A stretch of DNA of 64,000 nucleotides, taken from assembly GCA_963772725.1 (NCBI GenBank), contig CAVYYI010000001.1:832001-896000 (forward strand), in the 5' to 3' direction. Source of the stretch: an uncultured Phycisphaerales bacterium. Its GTDB lineage: Bacteria; Planctomycetota; Phycisphaerae; Sedimentisphaerales; Anaerobacaceae. Position numbers and translations under genes: made by a program. Below the pieces are notes generated by a model. That model did not search any database, had not been told where the DNA came from, and saw only the letters and a list, made by a program, of their open reading frames with translations. This document shows, one piece after another, positions 55,502-64,000 of this stretch (position 1 is the stretch's first letter; each line of letters begins with the position of its first letter).

Positions 55502-56388
55502 ATGAAAATTTGGATAATATTCAGCTTTGCCGCGATGTTCGCCAATACCGCGAAAGTTGTTATCGTCAATAGATATGGCCGCAGAATCGACCCGCGTCTG
55601 CTTGTGCTTAGCAGCAGAATTATCTCCGCTGTGGTACTGCTGCCCATATTGTGGATTGTTGAACGCCGCTTGCCTTCATCTATGATATTTTGGCTGATGG
55701 TTATAATCACCTCCGTATTGACCTCCATATCGAGCGTCCTTTTCACCGAATCAGTCAGAAGGGGACGCCTCAGCGTCGTAATGCCCATCCAGGCCTCTGT
55801 CCCCGCTTTCTCCCTGCTGACTCTGCTTGTGATATATCAGGAGTCATCGAAACTATCTACGATTATTTTTATGCTCCTGTGTATGGCCACTGTCGCGTAC
55901 ACTATGTACCAAAGCTATCGCGGCGAAAATCCAAGAGTAAAAAAGTTTTTCATTTTCAGCGTCTATTCCATCATATCCGCCGCTCTATTCGGCTTCTGCA
56001 CCGTCCTCAACAGGGTAGCAATATCACAACTCATAAAAGGCGCTCTCGCTTATTCCGCCTGCTGGAACCTCGTAAGTTCTGGCATCCTTTCAGTCGAATG
56101 TTTTCGCGCGGCTTGTTAAAGAAAGCCCTCACTACTAATAAATGGGGCACAATAATATCCTACGGCTTCGCCACCCTTGCCGCGTTTTACACCCAGCAGT
56201 ACGCCGTCCAGGAATCCCTAAAAATCCCCGGCGCCGTAGTAAATGTTAAAGCTATCATTATGCTCTATCTCCCAACCGTCTCACTGCTCGGCTGGCTTTT
56301 CTTTAAGGAACGTACCTCAAGACGTGTCCTTATCGGCGGCCTAATTGCCATCGCCTTCGGCATGGCACTCGTCAAAACCCTGATGTAA
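55502..56388 (+). CDS. EamA/DMT family transporter; frameshift near 56110
   Basis: Multi-TM; LSVVMPI..P.F; LGWLFFKE C-terminus in the second frame. Confidence 0.78.
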
Positions 56389-56470
56389 TATCACGTCTCC
56401 CGCCAAGGCGCAAAAAAAGATGTAGAGAAGAAAAAATTAAATCTGTGTTTATCCGTGGTTAGCGATTTGC

Positions 56471-58006
56471 GTAATGGGTCAGTTATGGGTGGGCAGGTGC
56501 AGGTTATGATGAGTCGGCACGGAAGAGAACTTTGGAAAGGTCTATATCAGGCTGTTCGGCAAGTTTGTCGAGGGCAGACTTGAAGGCATCAACAACATCC
56601 GGACATCTTTTTCGCATAGTATGTAATACCGTCATAAGAATCTCACGCGTTTTTGCCCCATCTTCAGATTGAGAGCCGAAACTTATCTTTCTGGCAATAA
56701 CAAGCGGACGCAGTTCTCGTTCAGCCAAATTGTTATCTGCCGGTACCTTACGGTCATCGGCCCAGTGGTAAAGCCTATCGGCCTTTTCACGAAAAATATC
56801 CTGCATATTCTGGATGGCCGGATGGTTGGCATGGTGATTAACAATATCGATGATGGCTCTCTTAATTTTAGCTGCCTGCCGCTTAAACTGTCGGTCTGTT
56901 ATATCTAATGTGCGAAGGCTGATTGCATTAGCCAACTGGGAGACCAACGCTTCAACGAAAGACCTGATTTCCACGTTTTCGGGAAAATCTTTTTCCAAAT
57001 CCTTAACATTACGCAATAGATGTGCATAACAATATTGAATCTTACAAGGCATCCTATTGTAGCCGTTATAGCGATCCACAACCAGAACACCCGGCAAGGG
57101 CTTTTCGCCAAAAACCTCTTTGGCTACACGGGCAGAACGGCTGGAGCGGAATCGAAAGATACTAATATCAGGCGTGCAAAACAGCCACGAGAAACCGTTC
57201 TGGCCGTCTGTCCGCCAACCAGTCTCATCAGCGTGCTTAACAGCGGCCTTGCGATAGTCTTCTATGAGTGATTTGGGAACATCTTTCAATATCCCTGCCA
57301 ACTGGTGCAAAGCGTCAACTATACTGCTGTAGCCGATGCCTGTTTGTTTTTCTATCTGACCCAGTGTATTGCCATAGATATAGTGCTGTACTGCCACATA
57401 GACAAGCAGATTATTCGAATATAAACACTTTGGCAGAACACCAGGAGGTTTGGCGGCAACTACCTTTTGGCATCGCGGACAATACTTGCGTTCCAAATTA
57501 TACAGAAGCTTTTTTATCTTAACAGGCTGGCAATCAATTACCGCTCGTTGTCTTGTGCCTTTGTTCTCCAAAACGCTTCCGCAATCAGGGCATATATCGG
57601 CTGCCTCAACCCTTTGCACATAGTCCGCATCTTTTTCACAGACACCGGTTCTGCCGTGACCTTTATGACCTGTTTTGCCTCCGCCGCAATTATTTGTGTG
57701 TTCTATCTGACAATTCGGCTTAATGGGAATTTTAGCGGATGGCGTGGATGAGCCGAAAAAACCTTCTTGGGCTGTCCTTTCCTTGTGTCGTAATTTTGCC
57801 TTGAGTGAAACTATCTGTTCCTGAAGCTCATCGATTTTACGTTGTTTTTCAAGGCATTGCTGACAGTAAATCATCTGCGTTTATTCCCGATTTGTTTGTC
57901 TTATCTCATCAAACTGTGGATTTTATCGGAAATCCTACGCCATAAACTTGAGCACCTTAATACTTACAGCAAAATCAATATCTCCCACCCATAACTGACC
58001 CATTAC
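56471..58006 (-). mobile_element. IS66 family single-ORF element (ISBst12-like organisation)
   Basis: Perfect 23-bp IR GTAATGGGTCAGTTATGGGTGGG; 8-bp TSD CGATTTGC (56463-56470, 58007-58014). Confidence 0.95.
56504..57874 (-). CDS. IS66 transposase
   Basis: HADETGW, DRYNGY, QYCYAHLLR, DNNLAERELR. Confidence 0.94.
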   Translation of the reverse strand: MIYCQQCLEKQRKIDELQEQIVSLKAKLRHKERTAQEGFFGSSTPSAKIPIKPNCQIEHTNNCGGGKTGHKGHGRTGVCEKDADYVQRVEAADICPDCGSVLENKGTRQRAVIDCQPVKIKKLLYNLERKYCPRCQKVVAAKPPGVLPKCLYSNNLLVYVAVQHYIYGNTLGQIEKQTGIGYSSIVDALHQLAGILKDVPKSLIEDYRKAAVKHADETGWRTDGQNGFSWLFCTPDISIFRFRSSRSARVAKEVFGEKPLPGVLVVDRYNGYNRMPCKIQYCYAHLLRNVKDLEKDFPENVEIRSFVEALVSQLANAISLRTLDITDRQFKRQAAKIKRAIIDIVNHHANHPAIQNMQDIFREKADRLYHWADDRKVPADNNLAERELRPLVIARKISFGSQSEDGAKTREILMTVLHTMRKRCPDVVDAFKSALDKLAEQPDIDLSKVLFRADSS

Positions 58007-58144
58007 CGATTTGCGGATAATTTTCTTGCAAATCCGTCTGGGGAGGTGTATATTCCTCATTTTTCATGAAATTGCGCAATTAGGCAGGATTTTAGTTTTT
58101 AGATTGCGGCTTTTTGGTTATAATCGTGCAGCGCAGTTGGTTTC

Positions 58145-58217
58145 GGGAGTGTAGCTCAGTTGGTAGAGCACCGCACTTTTAATGCGTAGGTCCTGCGTTC
58201 GAATCGCAGCACTCCCA
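58145..58217 (+). tRNA. tRNA-Lys(UUU), CCA not encoded
   Basis: GGGAGTG/CACTCCC acceptor; D-arm GCTC/GAGC; loop CTTTTAA; T-arm CTGCG-TTCGAAT-CGCAG. Confidence 0.96.
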
Positions 58218-58469
58218 GTTTTTGAGTTTTGAGTTCTTAGTTTCGAGTTAGCTAAAGCCACAAATTAACACAGTTTTTTTGACACGGATTAACGCGGATT
58301 GATCCGCCACGGCTGATTTTAAATTCATTTCTCTGCGTTTATCTAACCTGTTTTTAATTTCCCTTAAGATTAGAGGATGGGTATAATAAATAATATTTAT
58401 CTTTTATTGGTTTAGCAGTTTGCTTTTTATGAACTAAAAACTAATAATATTTGAAAGGGGTTTTATATT

Positions 58470-58649
58470 ATGCTGGACATAAGCAAACTTGCTGAAAAGT
58501 TGACAGAAACCACAGACCCCCTTTCACGAAAGTAACTGTAAGAACTTTAGGAAAAAACAAAAAGGAAGAAAGGGAGACAGGTTATGTTCACGGCAATATT
58601 CTGGTTTGCACTGGGAATGTTTACTTATTACGCAATAAAGAAACTTTAA
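58470..58649 (+). pseudogene. Inactivated paralog of 59629..59973
   Basis: MLDISKLAEKLTETTDPL vs MLGIKKLEEKLAETTDPI; three in-frame stops. Confidence 0.8.
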
Positions 58650-58859
58650 GGAAATTCAAAATGAGAAATGATGAATACGGAGGACTAATCGGTCTATATC
58701 GTTGATTTTAACCCGCCTAAAACAGCGTATAATGGATTATCTTTTGTTTTTAGTTAAAGGTTAGGACTATGTTGTGATAATTGATTATAGAAGATATATG
58801 AATACATAATAACTATTTATTAGTTGTACTCAAAAAAGTTTGCTATTTACCAAGGATAG

Positions 58860-59447
58860 TTATGCCAACAGTGGCGCATAAGGTTCGATTAGCCGCCACC
58901 ATTCAGAAGGAGTAATGATTTTTATAGGCAAATTTTTCAAATATTCACGTTTCCTTAGAATAGTCTTCCAATCTCTGGTACAGAAACAATCACACTTATA
59001 TACTATTGCTTCACAGATAAGTATTCTATCGTTTCTATCTGGTAAGGTATTTAAAAGCCCCGAAGATAAGAGTTGAATTTTCATCGCCTCCGCTTCAATA
59101 AAAGAGGGCAAATCATTATTTCCTTTGATAGTCTCAACCCAATAATTCCAAACTTCGGAAAACCATTTGTTAAGACAATACTTCTTTGACAAGTCCTTAG
59201 TCTCCATCACTTCTTTATATGTAGAGGGAGATATCGCAAGTTGCCACATTGCTCGGCTTCCCGTCAGAAAGATATTATAGAAAGCCCATATATCGTCAAG
59301 AACATACTTGTTCAAGGTAGATGGTGGGTTTACTCCATCAAAAATAAATTCGCCATATTCCAAAATAAAATTGACTGAGCAAGTATCAAGAAAAGCTCAA
59401 CCCGGTATTTGATTTAATTCCATATCAGATATACTCACATAGCTCAT
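58860..59447 (-). pseudogene. PIN-domain-like protein with an in-frame TGA at 59397-59399
   Basis: ...IPG*AFLDTCSVN; E; LPD.NDRILICEA....FCTRD; IITP. Confidence 0.7.
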
Positions 59448-59628
59448 TTATATTAGTTCCTGAAACTATAATTTATGGTAATAAAAAGTAAAGAAAATTC
59501 TGCTGGTACAAAATAAATTGTGTAACAGTTACAAAAGGGGTATAATAAATAGTGCTTTGTTTTTAATGATTTAGCAGTTTGCTTTTTATGAACTAAAAAC
59601 TAATAATATTTGAAGGGAGTTTTATATT

Positions 59629-59973
59629 ATGCTCGGCATAAAGAAACTTGAAGAAAAGTTAGCAGAAACTACAGACCCCATTTTGCGAGAGCAACTTCAA
59701 GAACTGTTGGAAAAAAGAAAAAAAGAAAAAAAGCAGTGGGTATGGGGTATTTTTGTGATTTTCTGGATATTTCTAATCTTCAATTTTATTTCATTTTGGT
59801 TAGATTATAAGCATAAAGAAAAAATGATGAATATGGACTACCAACACAAAGCATGGATGATAGACCGAGAGATGGAGATAAAATCCTTAGAGGCCCAAAG
59901 GCGGTCGATGGACCAGATGATAGAGGACCAAAAGTGGTTGATAGAGCATCAAAATAAGGGTTTAGACAAGTAA
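59629..59973 (+). CDS. Small single-TM protein
   Basis: Charged helix, one TM, coiled-coil tail; GGGAG SD. Confidence 0.75.
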   Translation: MLGIKKLEEKLAETTDPILREQLQELLEKRKKEKKQWVWGIFVIFWIFLIFNFISFWLDYKHKEKMMNMDYQHKAWMIDREMEIKSLEAQRRSMDQMIEDQKWLIEHQNKGLDK

Positions 59974-60081
59974 ATAATTTCTGTAATGATTACCTCGCGT
60001 CTGACCCGAAGAAGTAGAGCTACTCGGCCTCGGTCCGATGATGTTGAAAAAACGAAAAAGCCAGCAGACAAATTTGCTATT

Positions 60082-61156
60082 TTAAACTTTTGTGGGGATG
60101 GGGCAGGGTTTGGTAATTTCTTTGATGGCGGATTTTACTTTTGTTCTGCCAGGCTGAGTTTTGCTGATAACATTGTCGGTGGCAGTGGTGCATACGGAGC
60201 GTAATTTTTTGTACCTGTTTTCGACGAGGGTATCGATTTTTGTTCGTCGCAATTCGGCGAGAGTTTTCTCTATATATTTTTCGACATTATAAACGGTGTC
60301 GTGAATATTGCGGTGCGCATCCGCCGAGCGGTTCGGAAATAACGGCGTCTATCAACCTGAGCCTGCTGAGGTCTTTGCTCGTCAATTTAAGCGCCTCGGC
60401 AGCATGTTCAGCCTGTGAGCCATCCCGCCAGAGAATTGCAGCACAGCCTTCTGGTGAAATTACGGAATAATACGAGAATTCGAGCATCGCAAGCCTGTCG
60501 CCGACGCCTATACCGAGTGCGCCGCCTGAGCCGCCCTCACCAATGACTATACAGATAATCGGCACTTTGAGGCGGGACATTTCCATAAGATTAACGGCAA
60601 TAGCCTGCGCCTGGCCTCGTTCTTCTGCGCCGACGCCGGGATAAGCGCCGGGGGTGTCGATTAAGGTTACGACGGGGATGTTATATTTTTCGGCGAATTT
60701 CATTTTGGCCATGGCTTTACGATAACCCTCGGGATTGGGACAGCCGAAATTACACGCGATTTTTTCCTTGGTGGTTCTGCCTTTATTCTGGCCGATAACC
60801 ATGACTTTGTTTCTGCCGATTTGTCCTATGCCTGTTATCATAGCCTTATCGTTGCCGAAACATCTGTCGCCGTGCAATTCGCGGAAATCCTTGACCATCA
60901 GGCCGAGATAATCGGGCAAAAGCGGCCTTTTCGGGTGGCGGGCAACCTGCACGGTCTGCCATGCGGAAAGGTTTGAGTAAATATGCTTGAGTTCGGCAAT
61001 CTGTTCCTGCTGAAGCCTGCGAATTTCAGCGGAGTAATCGATACCCTTGATGGAGCTAAGCCTGCGCAGCTCGTCCATCTGGCCATCGAGTTCGGCTATT
61101 CTTTCCTCAAACTTCAGATAATCACCATCACCGATTCTATTTTTATTATTAGCCAT
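60082..61156 (-). CDS. accA: Acetyl-CoA carboxylase carboxyltransferase alpha; 1-nt insertion near 60319
   Basis: ARHPKRP, ELHGDR, NFG.P.PEGYRKA, DTPGAYPG, GEGGSGGA, VISPEGCA; EPLGG-AHR restored after the shift. Confidence 0.95.
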
Positions 61157-61394
61157 TTTATTTATTTTATTATTGCCCTGTAGGCTGGATATGAACGCTG
61201 AAAGCATAAAAAAAGCCTGTCCCTGCACAGCGGACCCAGGCGTCAAACTCAACTGCCATATCCATTGACCTTTCCATTTATAAAATAATAATAGCATTTT
61301 GGCGGGATAAATAAAAGAAAAAAATTGACTTTCGGCAGATATTACTATACTTTTTATCAGCGTATGTTTTAATATAAATATTTATAAGGTCTTT

Positions 61395-62273
61395 ATGGAA
61401 AAAGACTTAAAGCAAATAACTGTTGTCGGATTGGGTCTTTTAGGAGGCTCAATAACATTGACTGTTTTGCGGTCTTTTCCGGGTGTCAAGGCGGTTGGTT
61501 ACAGTCATCGCCAATCCACACGAGAAAAGGCGAGGCAGTTAGCGATAGCCAGCGAAATAGCTGACGACCTCTGTCAAAGCGTTTCGCAGGCGGATATGGT
61601 CATTCTGGCCACTCCTATATGCACATTCGAGGAGATTCTCCGCGAGATAGCCGATGCCCTGCCCGCTGGGTGCATTGTTACAGATGTCGGCTCAACAAAA
61701 GTGCTTCCGCACCGCTGGGCGGAAAAACTGCTGCCGAAAAATGTTTTTTATGTCGGTTCTCATCCCATAGCAGGTTCAGAACAGAGAGGCATCGAATTCT
61801 CCAGGGACGATTTGTTTGATAAGTCTTTGTGTATCCTGACAGCGACAAAGAAAACCAATAATGCAGCACTGGAAACGGTCAGAGAATTCTGGTCTGCCCT
61901 GGGATGCACTATAAAAGTAATGCCCCCTGCCGAACACGATAAGATTCTGGCGAGTATTAGTCATTTGCCCCATATAACGGCGGCATCACTGGTGAACGCG
62001 GCGAAAGATGATTTTCTGGAATTCGCTGGTAAAGGTTTTATAGATACTACGAGGATTGCCTCGGGGCCGGCTAATATCTGGGCGGACATCCTGTTCACAA
62101 ACGCAGATAACATTACAAAAAATATCGACATGCTTACAGCGGAGCTGGCGAAAGTTAAAAAGGCGATACAAAGCGGTGACAAAAATGAAATAGAACAACT
62201 GCTCGAAAAAGCGAGAAGCAAACGTAACGCAATGATAGAGCAGAAAATGAAAAAGAAGGAAATAGCATCGTGA
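61395..62273 (+). CDS. tyrA: Prephenate dehydrogenase
   Basis: [24 protein letters not shown]...SHLPH, DTTRIA. Confidence 0.93.
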   Translation: MEKDLKQITVVGLGLLGGSITLTVLRSFPGVKAVGYSHRQSTREKARQLAIASEIADDLCQSVSQADMVILATPICTFEEILREIADALPAGCIVTDVGSTKVLPHRWAEKLLPKNVFYVGSHPIAGSEQRGIEFSRDDLFDKSLCILTATKKTNNAALETVREFWSALGCTIKVMPPAEHDKILASISHLPHITAASLVNAAKDDFLEFAGKGFIDTTRIASGPANIWADILFTNADNITKNIDMLTAELAKVKKAIQSGDKNEIEQLLEKARSKRNAMIEQKMKKKEIAS

Positions 62274-64000
62274 AACAATGGCGGTTTGAGATATTTAATC
62301 GTTCGGGAATGGCGGATGTAAACGGCAGCGGTGTGCTGGAGAGTATTAAGGAACTTGGCATTAATTCCGTTGAGGCGGTTCAGTCGGCAAGAGTATTCCT
62401 GATTGAAGCGGATTTCGATGAGCAGTTCGCAAGACGTGTAGGCAGCGAACTTTTGAGCGACCCTATCTGCGAGGAGTATCACATCGGGCGCAGCGGGCCG
62501 CCGGCTGGACTGGCCAAAGCCACGATTATCGAGGTGCATCTAAAAAGCGGAGTGACCGACCCTGTCGCGGAATCGGTGACAGCGGCGATAGCGGATATGG
62601 GAATGGCGGCGGGCAATGTAAGAACAGCCCGCAAATACGTACTGCTGGGTTCAATCAGCGATGCGCAGGCCAATCTTATCGCCAAGAAAATTCTCGCCAA
62701 TGACTGTATTGAAACATGTATTTTCGGCAACGAATCGGAACCGCCGAGCCCACATACGAAGCCTTATGAATTTAAGCTGGTGCATTGCCCAATACGTGAA
62801 CTTGATGATAACGGCTTGATTGGGTTGAGCAAAAAAAGAGACCTGTTCCTTAATCTTGTTGAGATGCAGACAATTCAGAATTATTTCAGGAAGCTGGACA
62901 GAGAACCAACGGACATCGAACTTGAGAGTATCGCGCAGACGTGGAGCGAACACTGCGTTCATAAAACGCTGAAAAGCCCAGTCGATATGACCCTTGACGG
63001 GAAAGAGACGCATTTCAATAACCTGCTCAAGGAAACCGTTTTTAACGCCACAAAAGAACTGAATAAGGACTGGTGCATATCGGTTTTCGCTGATAATGCG
63101 GGCGTAGTTGAATTCGATGAAGATACGGCGGTGTGCTTTAAGGTTGAGACGCACAATCACCCTTCCGCGCTTGACCCTTACGGCGGCGCGGCGACCGGAA
63201 TCGGCGGAGTAATTCGTGACCCGATGGGTACCGGCCTTGGCGCGAAACCCGTCGCGAATACAGATATATTCTGTTTTGGCGAGCCTGATAAAAAACTCGA
63301 AGATGTCCCCAAGGGCGTTTTGCACCCGCGAAGAATTATGAAAGGCGTAGTCGCGGGCGTTCGCGATTACGGCAACAGGATGGGAATACCAACGGTAAAT
63401 GGCGCGATATATTTCGACGAGCGATATATGGCTAATCCGCTGGTGTTTTGCGGCAACATCGGGCTGATAGAAAAGGACAAATGCTTCAAGCATCAGCAAA
63501 GCGGAAGCCTGGTTATCGTAGTCGGTGGCAGAACCGGACGGGACGGAATCCACGGCGCGACTTTCTCAAGCGGCCAGATGACTCACGAGCACGAAACGGT
63601 TTTTTCGCATGCGGTGCAGATTGGTAACGCAATAACTGAAAAGAAGACACTCGATGTTCTGCTTCAGGCCAAAGAGGCCGGACTTTACGAGGCGATTACC
63701 GATTGCGGCGCGGGAGGACTGAGCAGCGCAGTCGGTGAAATGGGAGAAAAACTCGGCGTCGAAGTTGACCTGGAAAAAGTTCCGCTTAAATACGCGGGCC
63801 TTAACTACTGCGAAATCTGGATTAGCGAAGCGCAGGAAAGAATGGTCATATCGGTCAAGCCTGAAAATTTGGAAGCGATTAAGAAAATTTTCGACAGCGA
63901 AAATGTCGAAGCCACCGTAATCGGCAGATTCACAGGAGACCAAAAGCTGACACTGCGATACAACGGGCAGCAGGTAGGCCAACTGGATATGAATTTTCTT
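62270..64000 (+). CDS. purL: FGAM synthase PurL with PurS-like N-terminal segments (runs off the window end)
   Basis: Translated from GTG 62270: [55 protein letters not shown]. Absent from the ORF track because no stop lies in the window. Confidence 0.95.
   Translation, partial: MKQWRFEIFNRSGMADVNGSGVLESIKELGINSVEAVQSARVFLIEADFDEQFARRVGSELLSDPICEEYHIGRSGPPAGLAKATIIEVHLKSGVTDPVAESVTAAIADMGMAAGNVRTARKYVLLGSISDAQANLIAKKILANDCIETCIFGNESEPPSPHTKPYEFKLVHCPIRELDDNGLIGLSKKRDLFLNLVEMQTIQNYFRKLDREPTDIELESIAQTWSEHCVHKTLKSPVDMTLDGKETHFNNLLKETVFNATKELNKDWCISVFADNAGVVEFDEDTAVCFKVETHNHPSALDPYGGAATGIGGVIRDPMGTGLGAKPVANTDIFCFGEPDKKLEDVPKGVLHPRRIMKGVVAGVRDYGNRMGIPTVNGAIYFDERYMANPLVFCGNIGLIEKDKCFKHQQSGSLVIVVGGRTGRDGIHGATFSSGQMTHEHETVFSHAVQIGNAITEKKTLDVLLQAKEAGLYEAITDCGAGGLSSAVGEMGEKLGVEVDLEKVPLKYAGLNYCEIWISEAQERMVISVKPENLEAIKKIFDSENVEATVIGRFTGDQKLTLRYNGQQVGQLDMNFL

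Noticed and set aside
59397..59399. Selenocysteine or stop-codon recoding in the PIN-like gene
   Set aside because: Not an evident Cys position, no SECIS-like hairpin seen, and TGA ends other genes here; a nonsense change or error is simpler.
58145..60080. Integrative element at tRNA-Lys
   Set aside because: No integrase and no duplicated tRNA 3' end seen in the window.
61200..61290. ZMP/ZTP riboswitch suggested by CGCCTGGG
   Set aside because: The 5' aptamer motifs are not recognisable and it faces accA, not purL.
62651..63982. Minus-strand ORFs 62651..63553 and 63566..63982
   Set aside because: Antisense shadows of purL; likewise 12386..13099 (rpsA), 30430..31269 and 52875..53516.

Overview
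Chromosomal segment of an anaerobic bacterium. The gene styles (a PurL with PurS-like N-terminal segments, secreted proteins with 'SPAN-ATGV...HDVYFGT' repeats) suggest Planctomycetota/Phycisphaerae; this is inference. Housekeeping genes include prmC, aroB, apt, rpsA, ispH, accA, tyrA, purL and tRNA-Lys(UUU). Other blocks are an arsC/Rrf2/hcp stress cluster, an ECF sigma with a DUF4349-type partner, a Tat-exported SOD, two tandem paralogous secreted beta-helix proteins, a Ni-less hydrogenase-4-like (Ehr) operon and a decayed Rhs/immunity cassette. Six IS elements have readable ends and target-site duplications (IS5, an IS4/IS5-superfamily element, IS66 x3, IS630), and there are IS remnants. 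The main novelty candidates are: (1) an ~80-nt 5'-leader element duplicated ahead of both secreted paralogs, with a compensatory base-pair change, an alternative hairpin and a perfect AAAGGAGGTGA with no downstream start codon; (2) a ~17-unit, 21-bp-period quasi-palindromic array upstream of a small Fn3 protein, whose terminal motif recurs at the window start; (3) a gamma-glutamylcyclotransferase fused to a putative carboxylate-amine ligase; (4) a sigma factor with a structured leader and an apparent AUA start. Many 1-2 nt frameshifts, including in accA and aroB, look like sequencing indels.
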